This document shows positions 21,400 through 32,691 of a DNA stretch of 64,000 nucleotides, piece by piece. The DNA comes from a virus (taxonomy: Duplodnaviria > Caudoviricetes): IMG/VR virus record IMGVR_UViG_3300037504_000149. One strand, given 5' to 3'. A program made the position numbers and the translations under genes. Position 1 is the first letter of the stretch, and each line of letters begins with the position of its first letter. The notes beneath the pieces were generated by a model that saw only the letters and a program-made list of their open reading frames with translations, was not told the origin of the DNA and made no database searches.

Positions 21400-22290
21400 G
21401 TGTATAGAACTAAATTACCTTTATATGTGCGTAAATTATTTGGGTTAGATATAGAAGATAGTTCATCTTTTATTGATATAGTTGGGCACACGCTTGAAGA
21501 GCGGTTAGATACTATAAGCCGCGTATGTATTAAACAGACAGATAAGATGTCTAAAGAGTATAAAGTATCATTAGCTAAATTATATGATGAGACTCGTGTA
21601 CAACAAGAAAAAGAAGACTTTAGTACTCTACATAATCTACAATCTTTACGATATAGATTTTTTAATGCTTTAAAAGCTATAACAGATAGCTTAAATCCTA
21701 TGAGCTTACGCACTATAGGAGTGATACCCCCTCCAGATATTCTTTCTGCATATCGAGATGCCTTCCAGACATATATCCCGCTGATTTATCAGGTTTACGA
21801 ATCATTATCCCCAAGTTTAAAAATAAAGTTAAATGAAATAATTCCACATAAAAGCTTCTTAGTTGATGGAATTTTAAATACTAACAATAAAAAATTACTA
21901 ACAACTGCGGATATAACAGCAGCCGCATTGTCTGTGTTACCAGCTCAAAGATGGAGTATTATTCCAGTTGACGGAACTAGTGAGGCAGAGGATGAGGATA
22001 GTAATCTACCGGACGTAGTTGTGTTATTAAGAAATGTCAATTCACCATACCTTCAGATGAATCCAGACAACCAAGAAAACACAGATGACATGACTAAGTT
22101 GAAGGATTACTTTAAGAAAAATATTGTTGGTAAAGAATATTATAATATAATTCCTATCTACGAAGAGTTTGTGTTAGGTATACATGGTTACACAGCTTTA
22201 TACGATGGTAAAACTTACAAACCATGCATCGACGCACGCATAGATTGTGAACACAACGGTGTTTGCCGAATTTTGACCGAACACGCTTGA
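21400..22290 (+). CDS. hypothetical protein
   Basis: AGGAG RBS, GTG start. Confidence 0.65.
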   Translation: MYRTKLPLYVRKLFGLDIEDSSSFIDIVGHTLEERLDTISRVCIKQTDKMSKEYKVSLAKLYDETRVQQEKEDFSTLHNLQSLRYRFFNALKAITDSLNPMSLRTIGVIPPPDILSAYRDAFQTYIPLIYQVYESLSPSLKIKLNEIIPHKSFLVDGILNTNNKKLLTTADITAAALSVLPAQRWSIIPVDGTSEAEDEDSNLPDVVVLLRNVNSPYLQMNPDNQENTDDMTKLKDYFKKNIVGKEYYNIIPIYEEFVLGIHGYTALYDGKTYKPCIDARIDCEHNGVCRILTEHA

Positions 22291-22305
22291 CAGGGAAGGC
22301 CGATT

Positions 22306-22779
22306 GTGTTATACTCGTATAAGTTAAGCTCGTTACTGCAGACTGCGAAACCGTCCCTACCCACTATTATTACCATAACGGATGATTGCGATGAGATTGA
22401 ACTGGTCAACGATTTAAATTTGGCTTGCAGTTTATATTTCTATAATTACGATAAGAATAACATAACTGAATCGTATGAATTATTGGTGAAGTACTCGGTT
22501 GTACGTACAGGTAAGTGTATGGCGATGGAAATGTCTTCGATAGAAGATGTAGGTTTATTAGTGGTAGTAGGAGATATAACTAAAGATCTTGAACGGCACG
22601 TAGGTTTTACCTCAGCTAAGTTATTGTTTATACCACGGAGTAATAATGTTACTGATAAACAGCTATCAGAAATACAAGATAAGACCGTCGAAAAGGTACA
22701 TACCAGAAGAACTGAAGATACTGGAAGCTCTACAAAGTCTAGTAGGAGAAGCACTGGTCGTAGGCTCTGGGAACTATAG
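22306..22779 (+). CDS. hypothetical protein
   Basis: Fills the gap, but overlaps the next gene by ~130 bp. Confidence 0.45.
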   Translation: MLYSYKLSSLLQTAKPSLPTIITITDDCDEIELVNDLNLACSLYFYNYDKNNITESYELLVKYSVVRTGKCMAMEMSSIEDVGLLVVVGDITKDLERHVGFTSAKLLFIPRSNNVTDKQLSEIQDKTVEKVHTRRTEDTGSSTKSSRRSTGRRLWEL

Positions 22780-23281
22780 TGTCTGTTACACATTAGAATA
22801 TAGTTTTCCTGTAGAAAACTATAACCCTGAAAATATTACATTAGAAAAATATATTACCGATACACACACGGTGTCGGAAGACGGTGTGTATGGTGTAACT
22901 ATCCCCGAAGACAGAGGCGTACCAATACCAACGCAAAATATGCATGGTAATATGTTGGGCGTCTTTAATTATCCTCATATGCCGAGAAACTATATGTTCG
23001 ATAAATGGCTAGGGTTAGGGATAAGACATTTTGCACTGTGTGGACTTAGTAGACATAGTGGTTTAATTAAAACTGCTGAAGCAATTAGACAATATTCACG
23101 TTATTATGAGATAGAGAAGGAAGTTAAAGTAGGTATTGTAGAAGATGCTAGTATGTCTATAAACTGTGATAACGATACAACTGTGCAAGTAAGTACTCGC
23201 TGTGATGAGTTTACCTCTCTTATGGTACAAACCGTTGTTGCTGAAGATACACAACAGTTGGCGGAGTTCCTTGATCGTTAG
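22646..23281 (+). CDS. degenerate isochorismatase/cysteine-hydrolase-like protein
   Basis: LGIRHFALCGLS....IKTA...VGIVEDAS follows the isochorismatase C-terminal pattern. Catalytic Cys appears absent. Confidence 0.45.
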   Translation: MLLINSYQKYKIRPSKRYIPEELKILEALQSLVGEALVVGSGNYSVCYTLEYSFPVENYNPENITLEKYITDTHTVSEDGVYGVTIPEDRGVPIPTQNMHGNMLGVFNYPHMPRNYMFDKWLGLGIRHFALCGLSRHSGLIKTAEAIRQYSRYYEIEKEVKVGIVEDASMSINCDNDTTVQVSTRCDEFTSLMVQTVVAEDTQQLAEFLDR

Positions 23282-23286
23282 GGGAT

Positions 23287-23730
23287 ATGATGGAACGCAA
23301 GAAATCAGCGGTAGGTAGTCGTGCATGGTCGTGGGCCTTTAACAAACTTCCGCAACTTACTGCTATATTATTTTGGCTTATCGTTAGCGTAGCAGTAGGG
23401 TGGTCTACGGAATGGATCTATGGGGTGATACTAGGGGGAGGGCTTGTAGTAGGCTTACTGGTTGTATGGGTTATTGGATTGATTATACCTAGCAAGAGTA
23501 AAGAAGAGACGGCTCTCGATACTTTTCACGAGTATAAAAACTCTACAGATGCAATCATTGCGAAGAGGGAAAGGATTAAAAGTACTTATGATGTGATTGT
23601 TAGTTACTCACAACTACAAGAGTTTATACTGCGGTCGCCTGAAAACATGAATCGAGTGATAACTATGGTAAATGATATTAAAGCTTCTCAGGGAGAGGCT
23701 ACGATTCCGAAGGTGGTTGATGATGGATAA
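23287..23730 (+). CDS. membrane protein (2 TM)
   Basis: Two hydrophobic helices. Confidence 0.65.
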   Translation: MMERKKSAVGSRAWSWAFNKLPQLTAILFWLIVSVAVGWSTEWIYGVILGGGLVVGLLVVWVIGLIIPSKSKEETALDTFHEYKNSTDAIIAKRERIKSTYDVIVSYSQLQEFILRSPENMNRVITMVNDIKASQGEATIPKVVDDG

Positions 23731-24043
23731 TATCTCAACAGATAGTCCAATGGATGGTAAATTAGCATATCAAATTGTAAAAAGTTTACAGATAGAAATA
23801 GGACAAGATGGGTTGGAGGATACTTTTAAGTATCTGACAGTGGAAAATTTGAATGAAATATGGGAAACTGTACTGACGCAAACTAAAGGATTTACATATG
23901 ACAGGATTGAGTTAGATGAAGCAGTACCTGTATCGGTAGCAGGTAGGGTCTCTATAGTGAGGCAACACGATATACAAGAAGCATTAGCTTTGTTTGTTCA
24001 AGCTGTGGTGGATCAGATTAAACAAGCTCAAGCTAGGGAATAA
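23720..24043 (+). CDS. hypothetical protein
   Basis: Start moved to MMDNIS. Confidence 0.6.
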   Translation: MMDNISTDSPMDGKLAYQIVKSLQIEIGQDGLEDTFKYLTVENLNEIWETVLTQTKGFTYDRIELDEAVPVSVAGRVSIVRQHDIQEALALFVQAVVDQIKQAQARE

Positions 24044-24333
24044 TGTATAATACTATTTACAGATTATTATCTTCTAGTGGTGCTATACTTTTCGAAGGCA
24101 CTATAGATATTAATTATGCTTTAGATAGTGAAATTGTTGAGCTAGATGCTAAGGAGTTTAAATCTGGAGCAAAAGTAGCTGATGATAAATTGTATTTAAT
24201 AAATGAATTAGTAACTAATTTTCCTACAAGTGAAGATTTCTTTAAATGTTTAGTAGGGGATAAATGTATAAAAATTATATTAATACAACGACGGAAGGAC
24301 TTAAATGAATCCAAACCAGAGGAACCTACTTAA
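24043..24333 (+). CDS. hypothetical protein
   Basis: TAATG coupling to the upstream gene. Confidence 0.6.
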   Translation: MYNTIYRLLSSSGAILFEGTIDINYALDSEIVELDAKEFKSGAKVADDKLYLINELVTNFPTSEDFFKCLVGDKCIKIILIQRRKDLNESKPEEPT

Positions 24334-25015
24334 TTTAACTGACTTCTCATATGATCCTACTAAGGTATTAGAGAAGACTATAGATACTACACGAGATTTA
24401 TTTTTAAGCGGTATTATAGATAGTAGAATGTCTTTATATATTTGTGCAGCTTTAAAAGTAATTACATCATGGCAACAGGAGGAGACCCAAGAACGAGTAA
24501 ATTCACTTAGTGCTATAGTCAAGCAAGAAGATATGGAGCAAGTACAGTACATGATTCCTTCTACCGCTATATATATTAATAGTAGTGGAGGATATTTAGG
24601 TGCATCTTCAGCTATAATAAATGCAATTCATGAAACACCATATCATGTAATATCTATAGCTGCGGGAGATGTATTTAGTGCAGCCGCATATGTATATGCA
24701 TCAGCAGATTTGAGGTTAGCTTCTCCTTTATCTATGTTTATGATACATGAACCAAGTTATATGCAGCAAGGAGAATTATCAAAACACAAAGGACGATGGG
24801 AAGCTATTGAACGGCAACAGGATAGGTGGCTTAGCTATTTTGCCAGTCGGACTAATAAACCTGTAGAGTTTTGGAAAGATAAATTAAATGATGAGCATGA
24901 TTACTATATGACTGCTGATGAAGCATTAGAATTAGGATTGGTTGATGAGATTATAGATTATAATGATACTAAACTCGGACTAGACAAGAAGGATAACGAT
25001 GGTAAATCAAAATAA
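24305..25015 (+). CDS. clpP: ClpP-family protease
   Basis: IYINSSGG, catalytic Ser region GDVFSAA, MFMIHEP, DYYMTADEALELGLVDEII. Confidence 0.9.
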   Translation: MNPNQRNLLNLTDFSYDPTKVLEKTIDTTRDLFLSGIIDSRMSLYICAALKVITSWQQEETQERVNSLSAIVKQEDMEQVQYMIPSTAIYINSSGGYLGASSAIINAIHETPYHVISIAAGDVFSAAAYVYASADLRLASPLSMFMIHEPSYMQQGELSKHKGRWEAIERQQDRWLSYFASRTNKPVEFWKDKLNDEHDYYMTADEALELGLVDEIIDYNDTKLGLDKKDNDGKSK

Positions 25016-26987
25016 GTTTTCACTAACTAAGAATTTTATACGGAAATATAAAAAGAAAACACCACCATTCGGATATAATGGTCTCGGAGAGATTGTGTAT
25101 ATGCGCACATACTCTCGTAAGAAAGAAGACGGTACTAAAGAACAATGGTGGGAAACTGTTAAAAGAGTAGTTGAAGGTACATACAATTTACAGAAGGAAT
25201 GGATTGAGCATTGGGGACTAGGCTGGAACCCTTGGAAAGGCCAGAAAAGTGCCCAGGAAATGTATGACAAGATATTTAATATGAAGTTCCTCCCCCCAGG
25301 TCGTGGCTTATGGGCTATGGGTACAGACATTATAGATAAGAAACGATTAATCATTGCTTTGAATAACTGTGCTTTTGTATCCACAGAAACAATTAAAGAT
25401 GATCCTGCCAAGCCATTTGCATTTATTATGGATGTAAGTATGTTAGGTGTAGGGTGTGGATTCGACACTAGAGGCGCAGGGACTATAGTTATACAAGGGC
25501 CAGATGAATCTAGGGAGACTGAAACATATACCATTCCAGACACCAGAGAGGGGTGGGTAGAATCAGTTAGTTTATTACTAGAGTCATACTTTAGAGGTTC
25601 ACATCCTATAGAGTTTAACTATGATGAGGTAAGACCTGAAGGTGTCCCTATTAAAACATTTGGCGGTATTAGTAGTGGTCCTGGACCTTTAAGAGATTTA
25701 CATAATAATATAAGGAACCTATTAGACAATAAGGTTGGTGAGCCTTTAGCAGATACTACTATAGTAGATATAGCTAATATGATAGGTGTTTGTGTAGTTA
25801 GTGGAGGTGTACGGCGTACTGCTCTACTGGCTTTAGGAGATCATGAATCTGATGAATATTTGGATTTAAAAGACTACGAACTTAATCCTGATCGTGTAGC
25901 TTACGGATGGTCATCTAATAATTCTATACTAAGTAAGCTAGGTATGGATTATGGACCAATAGCGGAGAGGATACGTAATAACGGTGAACCTGGTATAGTG
26001 TGGATGGACAACGTACACGCTTACTCTAGGATGAACGGCGTAGTAGATAATAAAGATATTCGAGCTAAAGGAGTTAACCCTTGTGCCGAGCAACCGTTAG
26101 ATTCTTATGAGGTATGTAACCTTGTTGAAACGTTCCCAGCACGTCATGATAGTTTAGAAGAATATATGCGTACTTTAAAATATGCTTATTTATACGCTAA
26201 AACTGTTTCTTTAGGGAACACTCATTGGCCTGAAACAAACCGAGTGTTACTGCGCAATAGACGTATAGGCTGTTCTATAAGCGGTGTAGCTCAATTTTTA
26301 GCTAAACACGACATACATACACTACGTGAATGGTTACTTGAAGGGTACAATTATATACAAGATTTAGATAAAGAATACTCCGACTGGATGGCAGTACCTC
26401 GTTCTATAAAAACAACAACAGTTAAACCTAGTGGGACTGTATCATTATTAGCAGGTTCAACTCCCGGAGTGCATTATCCTATCTCTAGGTATTACATACG
26501 CCGAGTACGGTTGAATAAAAACAACTTCATGGTTAAGGTGTTAGAGAAGGCAAATTATTCTATTGAGCCTGCGGTTGATGCGCCAGAAAGTACAGTAGTA
26601 GTAAGTATCCCTATTGATGTTGGTGAAGGTGTTCGCTCTTTAGAAGAAGTATCTATGTGGGAACAATTAAACTTGACTGCATTTATACAAGAACATTGGT
26701 CAGATAATGCGGTATCTAGTACCATATCTTTTAAGCCAGAAACTGAGGGTAAAGACATAGAACGAGCTTTAGATATGTTTCAGTATCGTTTGAAAGATGT
26801 ATCGTTCTTACCTAATGTTGAGGGTGGTGCGTATAAGCAGATGCCGTATGAAGCGATAGATGAGCAGACATACAAGAGTGAACTGTCTAAATTAAGCAAT
26901 ATAGATTACACTATCTTATCTGAAGAAGAAGCAGAAGATGGTATAGGTGAGAAGTATTGTGATGGAGATTCCTGTCAACTAACTTAG
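24999..26987 (+). CDS. nrdJ: class II (adenosylcobalamin-dependent) ribonucleotide reductase
   Basis: RTYSR, PPGRGLW, LNNC, GGVRR, NPCAEQ, TVKPSGTVS, C-terminal CDGDSC. Confidence 0.95.
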   Translation: MVNQNKFSLTKNFIRKYKKKTPPFGYNGLGEIVYMRTYSRKKEDGTKEQWWETVKRVVEGTYNLQKEWIEHWGLGWNPWKGQKSAQEMYDKIFNMKFLPPGRGLWAMGTDIIDKKRLIIALNNCAFVSTETIKDDPAKPFAFIMDVSMLGVGCGFDTRGAGTIVIQGPDESRETETYTIPDTREGWVESVSLLLESYFRGSHPIEFNYDEVRPEGVPIKTFGGISSGPGPLRDLHNNIRNLLDNKVGEPLADTTIVDIANMIGVCVVSGGVRRTALLALGDHESDEYLDLKDYELNPDRVAYGWSSNNSILSKLGMDYGPIAERIRNNGEPGIVWMDNVHAYSRMNGVVDNKDIRAKGVNPCAEQPLDSYEVCNLVETFPARHDSLEEYMRTLKYAYLYAKTVSLGNTHWPETNRVLLRNRRIGCSISGVAQFLAKHDIHTLREWLLEGYNYIQDLDKEYSDWMAVPRSIKTTTVKPSGTVSLLAGSTPGVHYPISRYYIRRVRLNKNNFMVKVLEKANYSIEPAVDAPESTVVVSIPIDVGEGVRSLEEVSMWEQLNLTAFIQEHWSDNAVSSTISFKPETEGKDIERALDMFQYRLKDVSFLPNVEGGAYKQMPYEAIDEQTYKSELSKLSNIDYTILSEEEAEDGIGEKYCDGDSCQLT

Positions 26988-27001
26988 AAAGTTGAGACAA
27001 G

Positions 27002-28897
27002 ATGGATAGTGTAAAAGATATACGCGATATAATTGAGAAGAATTTTAACATATACGCAAAGTATGTTATTACATCTAGGGCTTTACCTTCTGCTTTAGAC
27101 GGGTTGAAAGATTCTCAGCGTAAACTATTGTGGACTCTTTATAATTGTAAGAGAGAAATATATCAGAAGGTTACTAAAGTAGCCGGACAAGCAATGGCAT
27201 ATTACGTACATGGGCCAGCTAGTGCTGAGAAAGCATTAGTGGCCCTATATCATAAAACTTTACCATTGATTGATGGGCAGGGTAATTTTGGTAATTATAT
27301 ATTAGATATGCCAGCGGCTGCTGGGCGATACATTGAAGCGCGATTATCAGAAAAATATAAGGATTATCTATTTGATAATAAGATAACTACGTTTGTAGAT
27401 TCTTATGATGGGCAGTCCAAGGAGCCAGCATTACTACCCACTAAATTGCCTCTATTGCTCTGTAATGGGGCGGAAGGCATTGCGGTGGGGATGAGTACCT
27501 TGATATTTCCCCACGCTCCTAGAGAAGTTATAGACGCCGTGTGCAAGCATTTATCGGGAGTGGCGTTCCGTAAAATTCCTTTACCTGATTTTCAAGATAG
27601 TAAATGTAAGATTGATGCTACTACATACAAAGAGGATGGTCGTATAACTTGCCAAGCTATTATAGAGAAGGTAACAGATAAAGAGTTAAAAATTATTGGC
27701 CTTCCACCCCAAGTTAAAATACCTAAGTTACTAGATGAAATAGAGAACGTAAATACAAAATATGCTTTAGGTATTACCGATGTAGGTGACTATACTAGTA
27801 AGGATGATATAAGTAATAACAGGATAGATTTACGTATTAAGTTTGTTAATGGAAATTATTCAAAAGTATTACGAGCATTATTAGGAGATACCAGTTGTAC
27901 TATGACTATGGTATCTAATAATATAGCTTTAGATAAAACATCCAAACCCAAAGAATATACTATCCAAGACTTAGTTATTGAAGCGGCAGAATATATAGCG
28001 TATATATTCAAGTCCATAGACGAGAAAGAAGCTGCTAATATTGAAGAAAAGATAAATAGTTGGGAAAGATTTATCAATTTCTATACTGCGGTTAAGAATA
28101 ATGATTTAGATACCTATACTAAAGATGAGTTGATTTTACTTGCAGAAAATTGTGGTGATAAAGAATTATACAATACACCTACATATAAGATGACTGAATC
28201 ATATGTTGAAGACTTAGAAGAACGTAAGAAGGTTTTAGTTAAAGAACTTGATCTTTTACATAAATCATTAAAGAATAAAGATTATAAAATTAAAGCAATT
28301 AATTTCTTAGAAGAAGTAAAAGGTAATCTACCGAAGCGCAATTGTGAAATTGTGAACGATGATATAGATGATGTAGAAGTACCAACAATTGAGAATAAGT
28401 TAGAGTTTTATTATAGGACAGGTGATGTGGCGCTAATATCTCCAAACAAGACAAGTGGATTAAGTAAACTAGAATGTACACCAAAAGATAAAGTAGTAGT
28501 AGTTTATGATACAGGTGAGCATGTCCAGATTATTGCAGACACTATCACATCTATTGTATATTTGAATAGTTTAGTAAATGATGGTAATGTTATTGGTGTA
28601 TTTGTTTTAGATGAAGATGACGAATACTTAGTAGCTAGTGAATGTGGTAGAATTGCCAGACTGTACTTCGTATCTAAATGGAGTAATAGAGCTTACAAAT
28701 ATTTTAATATTACTGATAAGGTAATTTTCTTTGCTAAGAGACCAGAAGAATTAAAAGGTAGTATACATTATCTTACTAGTAAGCGAGAGAAGGAAGATAG
28801 CTTAGAAGTTTATGATACTATATCATTACAGAAGATAGGTAGTAAAGGAACTCGTAAATATAAATACGGTATAATTGATGTATGTTTAGACAAATAG
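27002..28897 (+). CDS. type IIA topoisomerase subunit A (GyrA/ParC family)
   Basis: RALP..LDGLK..QR, YYVHG, DGQGNFG, AAGRY (catalytic Tyr), GIAVGM. Confidence 0.93.
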   Translation: MDSVKDIRDIIEKNFNIYAKYVITSRALPSALDGLKDSQRKLLWTLYNCKREIYQKVTKVAGQAMAYYVHGPASAEKALVALYHKTLPLIDGQGNFGNYILDMPAAAGRYIEARLSEKYKDYLFDNKITTFVDSYDGQSKEPALLPTKLPLLLCNGAEGIAVGMSTLIFPHAPREVIDAVCKHLSGVAFRKIPLPDFQDSKCKIDATTYKEDGRITCQAIIEKVTDKELKIIGLPPQVKIPKLLDEIENVNTKYALGITDVGDYTSKDDISNNRIDLRIKFVNGNYSKVLRALLGDTSCTMTMVSNNIALDKTSKPKEYTIQDLVIEAAEYIAYIFKSIDEKEAANIEEKINSWERFINFYTAVKNNDLDTYTKDELILLAENCGDKELYNTPTYKMTESYVEDLEERKKVLVKELDLLHKSLKNKDYKIKAINFLEEVKGNLPKRNCEIVNDDIDDVEVPTIENKLEFYYRTGDVALISPNKTSGLSKLECTPKDKVVVVYDTGEHVQIIADTITSIVYLNSLVNDGNVIGVFVLDEDDEYLVASECGRIARLYFVSKWSNRAYKYFNITDKVIFFAKRPEELKGSIHYLTSKREKEDSLEVYDTISLQKIGSKGTRKYKYGIIDVCLDK

Positions 28898-29481
28898 AAA
28901 AGACTAAAGAAGAGATAGATAACATAAAAGATAACCTAGACGTATCTGTAGGTATTGCAGATATAAGTTTTAGGATTATAAAATATAGACCTGCTGCATT
29001 GTTTAAAAATATACATTTTATACCATCTACTTTACACGATATAGCTACTAAAGTGTTTATGAATGTATATACTTTTCCGTGGCATAAGATATTGAATCAT
29101 GATATGTTTCGTATAGATGAAGGCACAATAGCATTATCTAGATATTTACACGGATCTAATGATGGTGACATATCTATATATAGTTGTAGTGGGGATGAGT
29201 ACCGGAATGTATTAACAATACTTGACGGGGTATGTGGTGAAAATATAACAGATGTTGAATTACTACCATGTGAAGGTGATGAGTTTTATGAGTATATGTA
29301 TTATGTAGCAGATAGTATAACTATTAAGTTTATTAAACAACTACATAATTATAGAAATACAATGGTAGAAGAATATAGTTATGATAATTTAGAAGCACGA
29401 CCTAATGGTAAAGTATATATCTTTTATGCTAAGTACCCTCTTTATGCTTTGACTCCAGGAGATAGTTTACGTGACTGTTAG
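28882..29481 (+). CDS. hypothetical protein between the topoisomerase subunits
   Basis: Overlaps both neighbours. Confidence 0.6.
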   Translation: MFRQIEKTKEEIDNIKDNLDVSVGIADISFRIIKYRPAALFKNIHFIPSTLHDIATKVFMNVYTFPWHKILNHDMFRIDEGTIALSRYLHGSNDGDISIYSCSGDEYRNVLTILDGVCGENITDVELLPCEGDEFYEYMYYVADSITIKFIKQLHNYRNTMVEEYSYDNLEARPNGKVYIFYAKYPLYALTPGDSLRDC

Positions 29482-31261
29482 AAAATACACAGAAAAGGAT
29501 ATACAAACTCTTGAAGGGTTAGAACATATTCGTCAATGTCCATCGATGTATATAGGGGATACCTCTATAGGTGGAGTATTACAATTATTTATTGAAATAG
29601 TTTCGAATTCTATTGATGAAATTCTACAAGGTAATACCAAAAAACGTATTGATATTACTACTGATGGATTCTCTATAACTATACGTGATTACGGTAGAGG
29701 TATACCGTTAGGTAAGTTAACTGATGCTTGTTCTGTACCAAACACAGGTGGAAAGTTTGATAGTGATGGAGCGTATAGTGGTATTCAAACAGGTTTACAT
29801 GGTCTTGGATTAAAAGTAGTTAATGCACTTAGTGAAAAGTTTGATATAGTAAGTTATTACAACGGCAAGCGAAAGCAAGTCACGTTTGAACAAGGCGAAG
29901 AAACTTATGCCAGTAGAAGAAACAAGACAAAAGAACATAATGGAGTAGAAGTAACCTTTACACCTGATACAACTATCTTTAATGTAGAGGAGTGGCCGTA
30001 TAGTAAACTACATACAATTTGCGATGATTATTGTTATGTATTGCCAGGACTTACAATTTCATTAAATGGCGAGATATTAGAGCATCCAGAAGGATTGAAG
30101 GGCAAGTTACATTCATTAACATCTAAGGAGTTTTTATACGATCCTATTGAAATTAAGGAAGATGGATTGCAGATAGTATTTTCACATGTAGATGATTTTT
30201 CTGAAAAGATGGTCAGCTATGCTAATATGGTTCGTACAACGGATGGTGGTACTCACGTTACGTCGTTTAAGACAGCATTAACACAAGCCATTAATCAATT
30301 AGCTGATGATAAATTTACGGGAAAAGATGTAAGGAGTGGCATAGTATGTGTAATCTCCCTGTTTATTAATGACGCAGAATTTGAAGGACAAACTAAGCGT
30401 AAGCTGAATACTGACATGGGAGGAGTAGTTAAGCAGTGGAGAGAGTATATCATACGCACATTGATAAAGAATAATGACGCTAAAGATATAATTATTAAAG
30501 CTGCTGCTATGTACCATGAGTTGAAAAAGAGATCTAAGTTAGTTAAAGATAAAATACGTCAAGCAAATAGAAGTGTAAGCTTTAAGAGTAAACTATTAAA
30601 AGATTGTTTATCTAAGAATGTTGAGGATAGAGAAGTATTTATTGTAGAGGGGAATAGTGCTAGTGGTACTATAGTAGCAGCTAGGGATAAAAATACCCAA
30701 GCAGTTTACCCACTGAAAGGTAAGCTTAAAAACGTGCTTAACAGTTCTCCAGAAGTATTGTACAAGAATGAGACATTGTTTGGTTTGGTACACTCATTAG
30801 GTATATCTGAGGATATAGATAACTTAAAGTACAATAAAATTATTTTAACAACAGATGCTGACGAAGATGGTTATCATATACAAAATTTGTTACTAACGTT
30901 CTTTTATCATTTCTTTCCAGAAATAATAGATGCTGGACATTTATATATACTTAACACACCATTATTCAGATGTCAGAATTCAAAGGGGGAAATAGTATAT
31001 TGCTACAATCAAAAAGAGTTAGAAAAAGTTTTAAGTAAAGGCGATTATGGTATAATAACTAGGCACAAAGGTTTAGGTGAAGTGGATAGTCAGGACATGG
31101 CTATGTTCATAGATCCTTCTACACGCAGTTTAATCAATATCACAATTGATTGCTGGGATAACCTTGAAGATGACATAGAATTTTTCTGTGGGCATCGACG
31201 TTCTAAAGCACGTAAGAAATACTTGTTACGTAAATTTAAGGAGAAAGATAGCGGGGATTAG
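29471..31261 (+). CDS. type IIA topoisomerase subunit B (GyrB/ParE family)
   Basis: LEHIRQCPSMYIG, NSIDE, DYGRGIP, GLHGLG, VEGNSA, PLKGK, DADEDG, KGLGE. Confidence 0.95.
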   Translation: MTVRKYTEKDIQTLEGLEHIRQCPSMYIGDTSIGGVLQLFIEIVSNSIDEILQGNTKKRIDITTDGFSITIRDYGRGIPLGKLTDACSVPNTGGKFDSDGAYSGIQTGLHGLGLKVVNALSEKFDIVSYYNGKRKQVTFEQGEETYASRRNKTKEHNGVEVTFTPDTTIFNVEEWPYSKLHTICDDYCYVLPGLTISLNGEILEHPEGLKGKLHSLTSKEFLYDPIEIKEDGLQIVFSHVDDFSEKMVSYANMVRTTDGGTHVTSFKTALTQAINQLADDKFTGKDVRSGIVCVISLFINDAEFEGQTKRKLNTDMGGVVKQWREYIIRTLIKNNDAKDIIIKAAAMYHELKKRSKLVKDKIRQANRSVSFKSKLLKDCLSKNVEDREVFIVEGNSASGTIVAARDKNTQAVYPLKGKLKNVLNSSPEVLYKNETLFGLVHSLGISEDIDNLKYNKIILTTDADEDGYHIQNLLLTFFYHFFPEIIDAGHLYILNTPLFRCQNSKGEIVYCYNQKELEKVLSKGDYGIITRHKGLGEVDSQDMAMFIDPSTRSLINITIDCWDNLEDDIEFFCGHRRSKARKKYLLRKFKEKDSGD

Positions 31262-31299
31262 TGTGAAATCTAACTCTGCTCAAAATAAGGAGATGTTTT

Positions 31300-32427
31300 A
31301 TGCTAGGGATGCAAAATGAGAAACTAGATAAACACACACAAACTATTGTGGATATACTTGAGGTAGTAGTATCCAAATATACTAAGTTTTTAATAACTAA
31401 AAACGATTCTATTTTAAGTAAAAGAATTAAGTTAATGTCGTTGGATGGTAACACTAGGATTAAATTATGTAAATTGACTGATAAGGCACACCCAAATCTA
31501 TACTTAGCTATATGTCATTTACTAAATAACGATACTGAAAAGGCTAAGAATTGCCTTGTGTTAGATTTTAATTTTGCCGTAAGTATGTCTGGTATACTAG
31601 ATAGTTTAGAATGTACCATGAGCGATATTCGAGAAGATTTAAAAAAAGCTGATTGGACAAAAGTTTGTGGGTTTATAAAATCACATTACAGACGGTTACT
31701 TAAAGGTAAAGATATTATACTACCGTGGAATAAGTGGTATGTAGAAGGAATATTATATAGGAATCAGTCAATCAACTCAGCTATTACATCCAGAATACGT
31801 GATTATGATAAACTTTGTGAAAAGGTTATTATACCTGATAAATCACATGAAGTAAGTGAAGCGAGTGAAGTGAAATTACCTACTGAAGTTGGTGAATATG
31901 TAGAAATACCTCCTTCAGTATATGATACAAAGCGTAAATCTTTAGAAACTGGTTACAAGCACGAGAGACTACTAGAAATGCTTGGGGCTGTAGATAAGAT
32001 TATGGATATTAGTCCAAACTGGACTCCTTATCCAGTATGCGAAGCAAGAGAAGTTTGGGTAGAACCTAAGATATATGATATGGTTGAGTTGATGTATTTA
32101 GCAGATTTACATCAAGCAGAAGATTATGACATACCAGACGTTTATATTTACTTAGGTGAAACACCTATAACCCATAGTATATTTGATACGTACATACCTT
32201 CTATGTTCATAACTAATGTAATGATGGTAGTTAAAGATAAACGTACAGAAAGTTTATTAGACACTATTGTATTTAAGCATTTTATAGATGAAGACGATAT
32301 TGTAGATTCTAAAGAACGTAAGTTGTGGGAGGCTAGGTGGGAGAAGTATCTTGATAAAATTGAGGAAATAGAATCGGCTAAAGCGGACAATACTCCTTTG
32401 GCGAATGAGGATAAAGAACAGGCTTGA
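31300..32427 (+). CDS. hypothetical protein
   Basis: AAGGAG RBS. Confidence 0.7.
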   Translation: MLGMQNEKLDKHTQTIVDILEVVVSKYTKFLITKNDSILSKRIKLMSLDGNTRIKLCKLTDKAHPNLYLAICHLLNNDTEKAKNCLVLDFNFAVSMSGILDSLECTMSDIREDLKKADWTKVCGFIKSHYRRLLKGKDIILPWNKWYVEGILYRNQSINSAITSRIRDYDKLCEKVIIPDKSHEVSEASEVKLPTEVGEYVEIPPSVYDTKRKSLETGYKHERLLEMLGAVDKIMDISPNWTPYPVCEAREVWVEPKIYDMVELMYLADLHQAEDYDIPDVYIYLGETPITHSIFDTYIPSMFITNVMMVVKDKRTESLLDTIVFKHFIDEDDIVDSKERKLWEARWEKYLDKIEEIESAKADNTPLANEDKEQA

Positions 32428-32687
32428 CAACACAAAAAAATTGTGTTACTTTTAGAGCGATGGAACTTGCTGATTCTCGGAGGGTTATGCACGATGCAAA
32501 AGCTAAACTTTTACAAGCGCAAGTGCTTACTGGGATTTCGTTATGCTATGAGATGTTAGAAGTCATTGAAAAGGTTTCTCCTATAGAAGTTAGAGAACAG
32601 TTAGCTAATCGTCTCGAAGGTTTACTAACGACCAGTTGTAATTGTATCGAGATGTGCGATGAGCTAACTGATGGGGAGTTGAGCTAA
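32424..32687 (+). CDS. hypothetical protein
   Basis: Short ORF; start uncertain. Confidence 0.45.
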   Translation: MTTQKNCVTFRAMELADSRRVMHDAKAKLLQAQVLTGISLCYEMLEVIEKVSPIEVREQLANRLEGLLTTSCNCIEMCDELTDGELS

Positions 32688-32691
32688 TGGT

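Noticed and set aside
12708-31261. Inteins or introns in terL, nrdJ or the topoisomerase genes
   Set aside because: Protein lengths are normal and no splice or homing endonuclease motifs were seen.
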